NCBI RefSeq assembly: GCF_009914755.1
Contig: NC_060940.1
Source of the DNA: the human T2T-CHM13v2.0 reference genome, Homo sapiens
Length of the DNA stretch: 64,000 nucleotides
Direction: 5' to 3' (one strand)
In this document: piece after piece, positions 30,214 to 44,225 of the stretch
Layout: each line of letters begins with the position of its first letter
Numbering within the stretch: the first letter of the stretch is position 1
Program-made: the position numbers and the translations under genes
Notes under the pieces: generated by a model
The model's input: the letters and a program-made list of their open reading frames with translations, nothing else
Told to the model about the DNA's origin: nothing
Databases searched by the model: none

Positions 30214-32270
30214 CTGCCACAGTCACACAGACTCCGGTTGAGGCAAGTGCAAGCTGCTAGGAAAATAAAGATGCTTCATTAGATTGTGTGTAAATCTGAA
30301 GACTTGCTTGAGACTAATAGAAAGATTTGCTTTTCTCTCTTTGCTACCCCACAGTGAGCAGACGATTTGTTAGAATCTACTTTGGAAGAACAAACCTTTT
30401 CATATTGTTTGCAAAGGAGCAGTTTAATCACATTGCTGTATTTCTGTTTGACCCCTCCTGATCCAAAATTGGGGTAGACACATTGCAAAACCCATAAGGG
30501 GTTGACTAGAGATGGTCTGACAATTGCTTTAGTCACAGTAACTGGATCAGGCTGCTGGCTTTCCATAATTGAATTTTAGATCTTTAAAAAATCTAAACCA
30601 ATATTGTCTAGAACACATATTGTGATTTTTCCCCTTTTCCACTTTCTCTTCTGCCCACCCCTACCCCCCAAACCCTTGGCATCAAATAAGCATTAGTAAA
30701 AATTGACAAGTTGGCAGTACTTTTTGGCGGCAGTTTAGACCAGCTACCTTTTTACATTGTAGGAATTACGTTGACACGTGCTTGCAAAAATAAATTGATA
30801 TTCCCATCTTGACTGGCTCATTTGGTGAGCCACGTTGATATGCCATCTCCGAGGCTGACCTCTGTAGCTCTACCACCAAACAATAAGAAATGCATGATTA
30901 TTTTCATGCTAACAAGCTCTGTAGAGCAACAAGCTTTTTCTTTTCCAGCTTTTCACAGTGACACCCCGTCACCTTCAGCTGGTGTTCTGGGTGCCACAAT
31001 GAATGGTAGGAGTCTGTGGAGCTCTTGATACCCTAAAGGAGTATCAAAAAAAAGGAGTATCAAATAAGATGGCTGCAATCATCTTATCATGCAGTCTTGA
31101 CTGATTTAACAGCAACAACAATCATAAAAAAGCATTCCATAACTTGGATGGAACCAGTTAAATTTCTGGAAGGAGGCAGTATAGCATGGATTATCGGAAG
31201 CCCTGTGTCTTCATTGTCGGTTTCTTTCTCCCTGCTACTTCCTAGCTGTGGGACTTCGGACATGTCGCCCAATCGGTCGCAATAGTTCCTCCTTCTTAGT
31301 ATTGCTGTGCTGATGAGCAAGATGAAACATATCAGGCTTATAGCCCTGTGCCTAGCCCTGCTACACATCAATAAAATGGCAACGTCTGTCTTCATCATTA
31401 GTAGTAATAATAAAAACAACACACTCAGGATCTCTCTACCTACCCTGCAGATTTATGGGTTGGAGGTGCCTTCCAAAGAAGACCATCTCTGAGGTCCATC
31501 TAATGTAGGGACTTTCTAGAACGTTATACCTAGGCTTTCTCTTCCTCTGGGATGCAGAGAAATGCAGACATGGGAAAATGTATTTTAGAGATTATCAAGA
31601 TGCAAACACATGCATCTTATTTTGTTTTATGTGCCAAGAAATTGGTGACGTGAGACACGCTTTTTCTATCTTTGGTTATTATTTATCGGAATAATCTTGA
31701 TTCTTTATTTCCCTGCTGGGCTAACTGGATTTGTTAGTCTCCACTTGTGAGCATCTTGGTGGAGGATAACAGGTTCACTGAAAGTCCTCTGTTTGCTGGT
31801 AGGTCCCTGTGCACAAGCCCACACTGGACGTTCCTCTGTATTCAGGTCTGTGGCCACATTCACCTGAGCATCTAGCCCCGTCATGAGGCATCATGTTTTA
31901 CAAGGTAGTGAGTGAGACTCTGTAAAATGACTCAATTATCTTGGTTCAGAAGGAAGGAACATGAGAGTTTAATCCCAGTACAGGTTGCAGGATTAAAAAT
32001 CATGGTGCAGAGAAGACCATGGGCTTGAACACAAGGAGGCTGGGATTCTGTCCTGTCCCAAATTTGCTTGGATTCTGTCCTGTCCCCTGCCCTGTCCCAA
32101 ATTTGCTGTATGAATCTGGGGGGCGGGGGGAAACGCATCACTTGCTATCTCTGGATCTCAACTTTCCTGTCTGAAAAATGGTGTGGAATTAGGGGATATT
32201 AGTTAACAGGTGAGTGCAGCAGATGGGGTGTGAGTTAGGCTGGATTCTTTCAGCTCAAAGACACATTGGG

Positions 32271-32664
<394 letters not shown>

Positions 32665-33817
32665 TCAAGAAAAGCCAGAAATCTGAATTTTTATATGAAA
32701 TTTCCCAACTCTTTACATTGCCACAAGTATGTAAAAATCGCAGAATGTGCCAAACGCATCCATCTGTACAGGTCTTCCAGCTTGGATCTTAAATTTCAGG
32801 GGTCCACCTCCTCATATTTCTGGGAAGAGGGCCCAGGCTCCCAGAGAGGCATTGCGTGAATGTGAGTGTGTAGACTTGGGCAGAGCTAGGACCAGCAATT
32901 AGTCCTCCTAACTCCCACCTCCAGGGTTGTCTACCATAAATCATTCATCCAATAAATATTTATTGTGGATTTCCGGGCACTCTGTGAGGTGCTGGGGTAT
33001 GATGGAGCTCAGGAAGATGTAATTCCTCCCTTTTATGGAATTTACAGTGTAGTGGAACATTCTGGCCACAATCATGCAAACAGTCCCAGGCATGTGTGAT
33101 TTCCCTAGGAAGCTGTCAGCTCATGTAATGAGCTGGGTGATATGAAGATGAGCTGGTGAGTTCAGGTGCCCCTTTGTGTGACACAGATGTATTCCAACAG
33201 AAGCCTTTGAGAGAGAAAGAGGGAGTGCTAGAAGCCTAAGGAGTCACCTGATGGTGGGGATTTCAGGATTTATTTTGGGATGCTGGGGCGACCAAAGCCT
33301 ACACTGGCCCAGGGGAGTTTTCTGGTGCTTCCCACATCATTCCTCCTGGGGACACCTGTGCCAGGCTGTGAGTCAGCTCACCCACCCTGGAATGTTCTCT
33401 ACAAAGGAGTGTGTTTTGTGGATTCTGAAGCTGACTTTAGTTTAGAAAACTCTTGGTCAAGGAACTGACTCCTTGGGAGCACACTTCAGATGTCTGTGCC
33501 TTGAAGGGTTTGACAACCAGCCCCTTGCTCTCTAACAGAAAATACTGCCTTCAACCCTTGGGTAAGAGGCCAACATGTCTACCTGCCTGAATGTGTAGGC
33601 AGTGAGCACTGTAAGATATAGTAGTACACAGTGTCATGTAAGTCAGGACTCTGACATCATGCTTCCCCTTGCAATAATTTATATGTTCAGCTAACTAAAA
33701 ATTCTAGCATCATCCAGAAGCTTCAGGCAAAACTGGATCCAGAGACTCAAATCATCAGGGATCTGTCTCTTTCCAATTCTTTGCTCTGCTCTGTGTTGAC
33801 TCTGTTCTCATGTGTAC

Positions 33818-34125
33818 TTTTTCTTTTTTTTTTTTATTTGAGATGGGGATCTTTATTTGTCACCCAGGCTAGAGTGCAGTGGTGCAATCATGGCTTACTG
33901 CAGCCTTGAACTCCTGGGCTTAAGCAACCCTCCACTCTCAGCCTCCTGAGTAGCTGGGACTGCAGGTGTGCACTACCACAACGGGCCCATTTTAAAAGTT
34001 GTTTTGTAGAGATGGGGTTTCACTGTGTTGCCCAGTCTGGTCTCGAACTCTTGGTCTCAAGCAGTCCTCCTGCCGTGGCCTCCCTAAGTGCTGGGGATTA
34101 CGGGTATGAGCCACCATGCCCAGCC
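33818..34125 (-). mobile_element. AluJo inserted in an MLT1 LTR
   Basis: atcatggcttactgcagccttgaactcctgggc. Confidence 0.92.
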
Positions 34126-35094
34126 CAGGTATACTTTTAAATGGCTCAGCCACAGCAGAGGAAAGGGAATGCTGCTTTCCAAACAGTTTCAGCAAAAGTT
34201 TTAAGGCTGACTTTCACTGGCCCAGATTCAGTTACATACTCATCCCTGAGCCTACCACTGTGAGCCTAATGACATAGACCTGGAGCTAGGGGGTGGCATC
34301 AGCCTGCCTCAGACAATGCAGAACTGGAGGAGGAAGAGCTGTCCCCTAAAGGAAAATTGAGGCACTAATTACCAGAAGACAGAAGAAAAAAGATATGCAG
34401 AGAGGGTCTGGGGGATCAAATTCTTTGTTTATTATCTTGTAACAGTTGTAATTTACTTGATCACCAAGTTCTACCTAACTTTGCAATACTTCTCAAGAAT
34501 CCCACTCTGTCAGTGCATCTGTCCTAGGCTAGGTTTTCATCTCCTCATACCACAGATTTGCTTCAAAACAGGGCTTCCCACGTTGTCTGAGCAGAGGTCA
34601 AAGGATATTTTTCCAGGGAATAGTGGGGAAGTTAATTGGAATGGCATTCATAACGACGTTGGAAGAACATGTTTTTGAGGCTATGACCACCCTTTGTCAT
34701 CATGTCTCTGCAGTGTGGCTTTGGCCTTTACCTACTGGATGTGGTTCATTTGAAGCGAGAAAACAAACCTTGCCATATGAAGTCACTTATTAACATCTGT
34801 GAGGTGGAGTTTATAATATGGATTTTGAGAGTGTGACTGTGAAGATTACGTGCTATATGGCACATATAAAATTCTTGGCACTCACTGGATGCTCTGTAAA
34901 TGTTCTCAGATTTCCTCGAATCTGTAAGATGCACTCTTATTCATGTGATCCCTAAGAATAAAACATTGCTAATTAAAGCATGACAATACATTTACATTTA
35001 GAGCTTTAACATTTTATTTTCATGGAAAGAACATCCTTATACTAAGACATTTATCTTCTATCACTCTTGTGTATTCAATTATCAGAAAAAATAA

Positions 35095-35473
<379 letters not shown>

Positions 35474-35648
35474 TTTTTTTTTTAACTTTTATTTTAGATT
35501 TGGGGGTACATATGCAGGTTTGTTATATAGGTAAGCTCATAACAGATTGGATAAAGAAAATGCGGTGCATGTGCACCATTGAATACTACACAGCCATAAA
35601 AAAGTACGAGATCATGTCCTTCATGGGAACATGGGTGGAGGTGGATGC
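35474..35648 (-). mobile_element. Short L1PB-like insertion with inverted 5' segment
   Basis: Antisense 3' end (ttttagatttgggggtacatatgcaggtttgttatatagg) joined at ~35540 to a sense piece (gattggataaagaaaatg...gaatactacacagccataaaaaag). Confidence 0.8.
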
Positions 35649-35824
35649 TGCTGGTTACGATGCACATTTTGATGTGCATGCTCAGGCGATGACCGTACGT
35701 CATGACTACACTTGGCCAGTGGTGATACTTGTGAGACATGTTCTGGTTTGATGTAGATTAAAATGTGAATAAAAGTATATGTTTTAAGTGACCCCCCCCA
35801 CACACAAACACACACACACACTCA

Positions 35825-36180
35825 GTGGAATACTATTCAGCCATAAAAAGAATGCAAGCATATCTTTTACAGCAATGTGAGTAAAATTGGAGGCCATGAT
35901 TTTAAGTGAAACATCTCGTAAACAGAAAGTCAAATACTGCATTTTCTCACTTATAAGTGGGAGCTAAGTAATATGTGCACATAGACATAGAGAGTGTAAT
36001 GATAAATATTGGAGGCTTCGAAGGGTAGGAGAGTGGGAGGGGGGTGAGATATTACTTACTGGGTACAATGTACATTACTTGAGTAATGGTTACACCAAAA
36101 GCCCAGAAGTCACCACTATGCAATATATTCATGTAACACAACTGTACTTGTACCCCTTACAAGTATACAAATAAAGAAAC
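35825..36180 (+). mobile_element. L1MA 3' end
   Basis: tggaatactattcagccataaaaagaatg...ttctcacttataagtgggagcta...catgtaacacaactgtacttgtacccc. Confidence 0.88.
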
Positions 36181-36323
36181 AATGTATACATTTTAGGATA
36201 ATGAAACAAGGCAATTTGCCCACCTCCCTCTCCCTTCTCCCATCTTTGCTAATAGCAGCATCTGGGCAGCAAAACTTCATGTAATTGTGTCCCATTCCCT
36301 GATATTGTGAGGAAACCATGTAG

Positions 36324-36634
<311 letters not shown>

Positions 36635-36867
36635 GATACCTGTAGCTTCTATGCCTTGCTCATCCTCTGTCTCCTACGGGAAGTTTTCCTAGGCTGATGG
36701 TGTGGAGACCTAGTAAACCACAGCTAAGCATTTATGACTATCAGCGCAGCTCTTACCTCTTTCCCCATCACTCCTTACATGCCAGGCACCCTGGCCTTCT
36801 CTCTCTTCTTTGAATAGTCCAATCTTGTTTCTAACTGAGGGCCTTCATCCTAGTTCTCCCTTTTGAT

Positions 36868-37083
36868 CAGTGGTTCTCGAACAGGGAGTTATTGCCTGTC
36901 CTTTTGGGAAGTGGGCAGGGACATTTTTGGCTGCTCTAGTGCCAAGAGAAGGGACCCTACAGATGTTAGGTGGGTGGGGTGGGGTGTCAGGAGTTGCTGA
37001 ATGTCCCACAATGCTCAGGACAGACCCACACAAGAAAAGCAATCCTACTTCAAGTGACAGTAGCATCCCTTTGAGGAAACCTG
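36868..37083. mobile_element. MER20 (hAT-Charlie)
   Basis: cagtggttctcgaacaggg...gacatttttggctg...gttgctgaatgtcccacaatgctcaggacag...ttgaggaaacctg. Confidence 0.8.
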
Positions 37084-37227
37084 CCCCTCAATGCCTGTTT
37101 CCCTTAGTTTTTCCTGGCTTTCTCCCTGGTCACTTATTCACCGTGTGGATGACGTCTGCTGTAAGTGTCAGAGCACAGCCTACATTGTTAGGCTTCTCCC
37201 TCCAGCTCACCTCCCTCCAGCTTGTCT

Positions 37228-37368
37228 GTGTGTCTGTTTTTGTCCCAGAACCATACTCTCTGATTACTGTAGCTTTGTAATATAACTTGAAGCAAGGAAG
37301 TATGATGCTTCCAGCTTTGTTCTTGCTCAAGATTGACTTGGCTATTCAGGGTCTTTTGTAATTTCTTA
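37228..37368 (-). mobile_element. Internal L1 ORF2 fragment
   Basis: Antisense translation SKNKAGSIILPCFKLYYKATVI matches the L1 ORF2 motif KAGGITLPDFKLYYKATV. Confidence 0.85.
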
Positions 37369-37490
37369 TAATATCTGTTGCTCCATGTAGTTTAATACCC
37401 TTCATAGCACTTGCCACTGCCTAGTATTATCTTTACTGCTCTATATTCAGCCCCCAGAACAGAACCTTGCACTTTATAAATACTTGTTGA

Positions 37491-37841
<351 letters not shown>

Positions 37842-39140
37842 TTAGAATTGTCTGCCAATTGCCCTAAGCCTCTGGTTACATGGCAGTTTCTATCTGCCTA
37901 CTTCTGCTGTCTCCTTTTCTGTGCATGACATGCTTAAAAACAAACAAACAAACAAACAAAAAACTCGAAAGACTCACCAATGGTTAGCTGGCTGTCATCA
38001 TGACTATATGCCACTCCTGTTTCATTTTTCTGAGGAGCGATGACACTGTTCATCAGAGTCAAAGTGAATTGGATGGGTGATGTCTTAAGCTGATTGTTTC
38101 CTGAAAAGTGCTTCACAGAGCAGGACTCCCTGGATGTCTCTGTCTGTTTGGGATGGTAGTACATGGGAAAGATGATGATGTTGGTTATTGAAAGATGTCC
38201 TTTCCACTTAAGCTTTCTTTGAGATTCCAAGTTTGGGTTTTCAGATCTTTTTCTTATAAGTGAAAAATGCCATTCTGAATTTGACATCTTCCTGTGGTTG
38301 AAGTGACTAAAGAAACAGCATCTGTTGAAGGCTTTTTCTTTTTACAGAAAGGTAGAGATGAGACCTGGGTGAGACTCTTTACCCAGTGCTCAGTGTTCCT
38401 TCCAAGACAAGGACCTATTTCTGCCTGTTTCTTTTTCTTCCTTTTTTTCTTTCTTTCCTTATTTTTTTAGCCCCCAAGGATTCTGACTTGGTATGCCTGG
38501 GGTGGCCTGAGAATCTGTAGTTGGATGATCGTCATCTGCATCCAGGATTTGAAAAGCACTGAGCTGAGAGAGCTGAGAGCCTACTGCATCGTTCTAGGAT
38601 TGGGGTCATGAGGCACTGGACTACCGTCGTGGCAATGGCAGTAGAAAGGACTGTTTGCATTTGAATGACATCTTAAAGAAACAGAGAAATTGATGATAGG
38701 TTGACTAGAGGGGATTTAAAGGGAGAAAAAAGTCAAAAATTACTTCCAAGTTTCTACTCTGACAGAAAAAAAGATAGTTTGAGATAAATTGTGGCACCAT
38801 TGAGTTTGAGTAGATGTCTGCCTGTTTCGTTAGTATAAATATTTGCCTGCTCCAAATAGGTCCAGTTTCTTGGATGCACTGAGCCCCAAAGATCCTAGTT
38901 TCTAAGTGACTCCTTTAACAGAAGGTGAATTAACTTGATCCAGGTGAGACGAGTAGAAGGACAGCAATGAATAACAACCCGGTATTCTGGTTGTAGCTTC
39001 CTTCTTGCTGGGGGAATCATTTAGATTTTGTGGTGGCTAATTTAAACCATGTAAAATAAAAGGATCATTAAAAGAATGATCACTTCTTTATGGTAACCAC
39101 TTTCTGTGCCTTTGTCTCACCAATCCCAACAACCTGTGAG

Positions 39141-39396
39141 GACAGTGTTATCACAATCCCTGATACTCATAAGGAAACTGAGGCTCAGCGAGATGGAGTC
39201 ACTTGCCCAGGGTCACACAGTGCCAGAACCAGGGGTTCACATATCCTTTGCCCCTCAAAACTCACATTCCTAATTACTAAGTGGATGGAGTTCCCCTAAT
39301 TATTTACTTTTTAATCTTATTTGCTAAGATCCATGGAAAAAAGGAGTGTGTGAGTAAATACAGTTGAAAGACATAGTGAAATTTCTCATTACTGGG
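39141..39396. repeat. Direct repeat copy 1 (MIR half plus unique flank)
   Basis: Aligns end to end with 40204-40461. Confidence 0.93.
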
Positions 39397-39794
39397 CCTA
39401 GCATAGATTTTTAGTTTCTGTCTAGCGTCTGCTACTATTACATTTTTGATTATACTACATAAAGTGTGTGTCTGTGTGTGTGTGTCTGTATGTACTTTAC
39501 TTTTGCAAAAAATGTTTGAAGGGATTTCTTTTTTTGAATTACTTGTCTTATTTCCTTCCCATGCAGGACTTTAACAAATCTTGAAACATGTATTGTACGC
39601 AGACTTTTTTTGTGTCCTATTTTACATTTGAAAATCTGAGATGGATCATAAATTGCTTTTTTATTGCTTTAAATGATGTACTCCTCAGTCTTTTTTGTTT
39701 TGTTTTGTTTTTGCATAAAGAAATGCATTTACCTTGCCAAAATTTCATTTTAAGTACCAGCACTGCATTTCTTAAAGGATGAGTTTGAATTCAA

Positions 39795-39828
<34 letters not shown>

Positions 39829-40203
39829 GGGGGGAGGAGGGGAGGCAATGGGGCCAGATTTTAGGATTATACATAACTGTACAAAGTACTTTGAGGGTCC
39901 TGCTTCTTGTTGAACTTGGTTGAACTTCAGATTCAATTCATTTGCTTTAAAAAAGAGGGGCTATTGTATCATCTATGAGATGATAATAATGAATACTTTG
40001 GAGCTTATAAAACCCTTTTGTCTGCAGTATTTCATTTAATTGATTCAAATAATTTCAATGAGGTTTGTTTCTGTTGTTAACATACCCGGCCCTGTGCTAG
40101 TTTCTGCCCCATGGAGGAGACCACGTATGTTGCTCTTGAGTTTATGCTGTAATAAAAAGGCATGGAGGTGTGCAGGAATCCATGCTGTGATAGAGGTCTC
40201 TCT

Positions 40204-40461
40204 GACACTATTATCACAATCCCTTATACCAGTAAGGACACCAAGGCTCAGAGGGATGGAGTCACTTGCCCAAGGCCACACAGTGCCAGAACCAGGGACT
40301 CACATGTTCTCTGGCCCTCCAAACCCACATTCTTAATTGCTAAGTGGATAGGGCTCCCCTGTTACTTACTTTTTAATCTTTTTGCTAAGATCTATGGTTA
40401 AAAAAAAGAGTATGTGAGTAAATACAGTTGAAAGACATAGTGAGTGTTTCTCATTACTGGG
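40204..40461. repeat. Direct repeat copy 2
   Basis: Shares gtgagtaaatacagttgaaagacatagtga and tttctcattactggg with copy 1. Confidence 0.93.
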
Positions 40462-41940
40462 AAATTATAATGAATAGTGACCGTTACTCTCAGAGGCAAA
40501 TGACAGAGACATACTGGAAATAATTCATTTTTGCTGGCATAATTGAAAAATCCAGGGAATATATGTAACTATTCAAAATGCTGGCTTTGAGTGTGCAAAT
40601 CCACACCCCCCACCTCACTGCCAAACCGGCGCCTTGACACTGCTTTTTGTCACATTGGTTTCATTTATGGACAAGCCCTCTTCACATAGTCCCAGAAATG
40701 GTACGCAGAAGCTCCATGCATTCATCTTACTAGCTTAGGTACCTGGGTGGTAAAGAGAAGCCTCCTTCCTGATAATTCCACCAAAAATCTCAGTGTTGAT
40801 TCTCACTGGACCCACTTAGGTCATCTATTCACTCTAAACCAGCCACAGTGGTCAACAGTGATCAGGGGAATAGACTGTGGCTATCAGCCAGGTCAGAAAC
40901 ATGGGAACCTTGGATTCAGGGGAGTAATGCCAGGGTAAATACAGGGTAAATCCCACCAGGTAAACATGACAGAGAAGCATGGTTCCCAGAGGATAATAGG
41001 GGTGCTATTAGAAGAATAAGGGTGAATAGATTCTGGGCAAGTGAAAGCAACAGAGGTCTCTGACTCTTCTGGATCAGTCAGCCTTTTGAAAGTGTCATGC
41101 CCTCTCTTCTGTAGCATTTGGCTATTTCCATGCTTAGCTGCTGCCGACCTTTTGTTTTACTCTCAGCATGCAGTGCATGGTTCATGGGTTGAGCTTAGTA
41201 TCTGCCATCCTCTGCTTTCAACCTTCTCAAATATGAATGCTTCATAACTTCCGTTGTCACATATCCAAGGGTGGATTTCAAATCCTTTCTCTCTAGCCTT
41301 GACCATTCTGACAAATTTGTGCCTCTGATTTCTAATGCATCTCTTGAACTACCTTCCAATTGTGTTACCTTCCCATGATGCTCCACATGTTGTTATACAA
41401 ACCCAGCATATCCACTGCTTCACAAAACCAGAATCTCATTGAACTTCCGCAAAGCCCCTGGTCATTGAAGATATCACAGAAGTAAGTCCACGATACCCAG
41501 TTGCAACCTCAACATTCCAGAGAGTTAGCTGTCAAAGTCTCTTCCAGTAACATGGCACTCACGGGAAACCTTGCATGTTTCAGTGAGGAAGAGGCAGTGT
41601 AGCCTCCTGGTGATGACTGTGTGGCCTCCGAGGACCAGAACACTGGAATCTTGGCTGTGCATGCATCTTCTTATCTGTGTGACCTTGGGCATGTTATTAA
41701 ACCTTTCCTTCTCAGTTTGCTTATCTGTACAAATAGGGATAATAATAGTACTTACTTTAGAGAGTCCTGTGAATGAAATGAATTAAACATATAAAGCACT
41801 CAGAATAGTGTTATCACATAATCACTTTAAAATGTTAGGTATTTATTTTGGGAACAAGTTGAGGTGTAAGTCAATTAATCAATCGGCATATCAGAGGAGG
41901 CTGGATTGCATAAGGCAGCTTACTTTTTGTTTGATGGGTC

Positions 41941-42240
41941 TTTATTTTATTCTTTTTTGAGGTGGAGTCTCACTCTGTCACCCAGGCTGGAGTGCAGTGG
42001 TACGATATCGGCTCACTACAACCTCTGCCTCCTGGATTCAAGTGATTCTTCTGCCTCAGCCTCCTGAGTAGCTGGGATTACAGGCGTGCTTCACCGTGAC
42101 CATCTAATTTCTGTATTTCTAGTAGAAATGGGTTTTCACCATGTTGGCCAGGCTGGTCTCGTACTCTTGGCCTCAAGTGACCTGCCCACCTCGGCCTCCC
42201 AAAGTGCTGGGATTACAGGTGTGAGCCACCCACCTTGGCC
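41941..42240 (-). mobile_element. AluS (Sz/Sx-like)
   Basis: Antisense dimer. Confidence 0.93.
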
Positions 42241-42379
42241 ATTTGATGGATCTTATGCTGATTTCCTCTGACTCTCACATCTTGTTCCCCTAGCTCCTTC
42301 TGTAGCAACATGGAATGAGTCTTACTGTTCTAGAACTTGCTGACTCTTCATACATTTCCCATAGTCTTTATCACACATC

Positions 42380-42840
42380 TCAGTATTCTCTTCTCCAGTT
42401 TAAATAGCCTAGATTTTTCAGTTGACATTTTTCAAGGCCTTTGATTACACTTGACTCCATTCTGAACCATCTCAATTTTATCAGCATTCTTCTTCAAATG
42501 AAGTGTTCAGGAATGAATTAACTATTCCAGCTGTTGTCTAAAAAGCATACTAGAAAATCTGTCTTCTCTGTTCCTTATCGTCTACCTTTATTAATGTAAC
42601 CTGACAATGAATTAGCTTTTTAAAATCAGCTGCAATACAAGGTTGACTAATATTGAGTAAAGTGGTTAACTAAGATCCTGGAGAGGTATAACTTTTTAAA
42701 TTCATCCTGATTTCAGCTAGATACTTTTAATACCTTCATTTTTTAACGGGTCTGAAAATCTGCCTGACATTTGATTCTGTCACCTAGTACACTGGATAAT
42801 CAAATCAGCTTCGTGTGAGAAATTCGAAGTTAATAAGCTG
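42380..42840 (-). mobile_element. CR1/L3 LINE remnant (continues ~43690-43940)
   Basis: ttattaatgtaacctgacaatgaattagctttt...gttgactaatattgagt resembles the antisense L3 RT region (from recall). Confidence 0.55.
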
Positions 42841-43071
42841 CAGGTATGAGTTAGGACTAGGTTCCACTGGATATAGTAGAAACATCCTAAATAGCAGTGC
42901 CTTAAATATCACTGAAGTTTGTTTTTCTCTTAGATATATAAAAAAAGTCCAGAATTAGGCATGGTGTAACATGGTCTGTCATTTTTCTATCATCATCATC
43001 ATCATCATCATCAATATGATGCCTCAGGGATCAAGATGGCTACTGGGACTCCAGCCACTGCATTTACATTC

Positions 43072-43428
43072 TGATATGGTTTGGCTGTGTCCCCACCCAA
43101 ATCTCATCTTGAATTCCCATGTGTTGTGGGAGGGACCTGGTGGGAGGTAATTGAATCACAGGGGCAGGTCTTTCCCATACTGTTCTTGTGATAGTGAATA
43201 AGTCTCATGAGATCTGATGGTTTTGAAAAACGGGAGTCTCCCCTGCACAAGCTCTCTCTTTGCCTGCTGCCATCCATGTAAGACGTGAATTGCTCCTCCT
43301 TGCCTTCCACCATGATTGTGAGGCTTCCCCAGCCATGTGGAACTATAAATCCAATTAAACCACTTTCCTTTGTAAATTGCCCAGGCTTGGGTATGTCTTT
43401 ATCAGCATTGTGAAAGCGGACTAATATA
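43072..43428 (+). mobile_element. THE1 (THE1B-like) solo LTR nested in MLT1
   Basis: tgatatggtttggctgtgtccccacccaaatctcatcttgaatt...tatgtctttatcagca. 5-bp TSD cattc/catcc. Confidence 0.93.
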
Positions 43429-43984
43429 CATCCTAAATGGGAGGAATAGAGAAGAGATAAAGAAGGCACATCTCTTCTCTTAAGGGAATTTTCATGAAAG
43501 TCTTGAAAACGATTCTCATTGGCCAGGACTTAGTCATATTGGCCAGGACTTAGTCACACGCTTAGTTGCAAGAGGGCCTGGAAAAGATAGTCTTTTGGCT
43601 GGGTAATTACATACCCAGATAAAAATAAGTGTTCTATTACTAAAGATGAAGGAGAGAATAATTGGAGAGTTGGGTCACTGGCAATCTTGGCCACACATTT
43701 TTGGTGATAATATTTTGAACAAGATCAAGGATCTTGTCCTCCCATTGAGCATCAGGTGCTTGGTCCATGTGCTACCATTGTTCTGTGGACTTACACATTG
43801 ATTCTAAGCATTACTGAATGCTTAGAGCAAGCTTAGAATCAGTAATTAGAAAAACCATTTCTGAAATAACTGTTTTCAGACCATCCTTGTTAGATTTGCC
43901 AGAGATGCTTATTAAAGTTGCAGAATCCTGGGCCATGTCCTATATTTTTAAACCTGGTAAATATTTTATTACTCCCTGTTCAAT

Positions 43985-44225
43985 AACATTCACAAAATTT
44001 AAGTGTTAAATTGGTGGATTTTGATGAATGCACACAGTCATGTAACTACCACAACCATCAGGGCATAAAACATTTGTATCACCCAGAAAAATTCCACTGT
44101 GTCCCTTTGAAGTCCTCTCCCCTACTCTGGCCCCTAGAAATATGCTGTATGTCAGTTTGTGTTTATCTTGTCTAGAGTTTTATATAAAAAGAATCATATA
44201 ATGTGTAGTCTTTTGCATATCATTA
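43985..44225 (-). mobile_element. L1MB/MC 3' end
   Basis: catgtaactaccacaaccatc...atcacccagaaaattcc...gaatcatataatgtgtagtctttt. Confidence 0.75.

Noticed and set aside
32043-32106. Short internal duplications (also the 20-bp tandem at 43518-43557)
   Set aside because: Ordinary slippage duplications inside MIR and MLT1. No regular repeat-spacer array, so not CRISPR-like.
42789-42850. Exon-like segment ending in CAG|GTATGA
   Set aside because: It lies in a decayed CR1/L3 remnant at an LTR boundary, with a weak acceptor and no supporting ORF.
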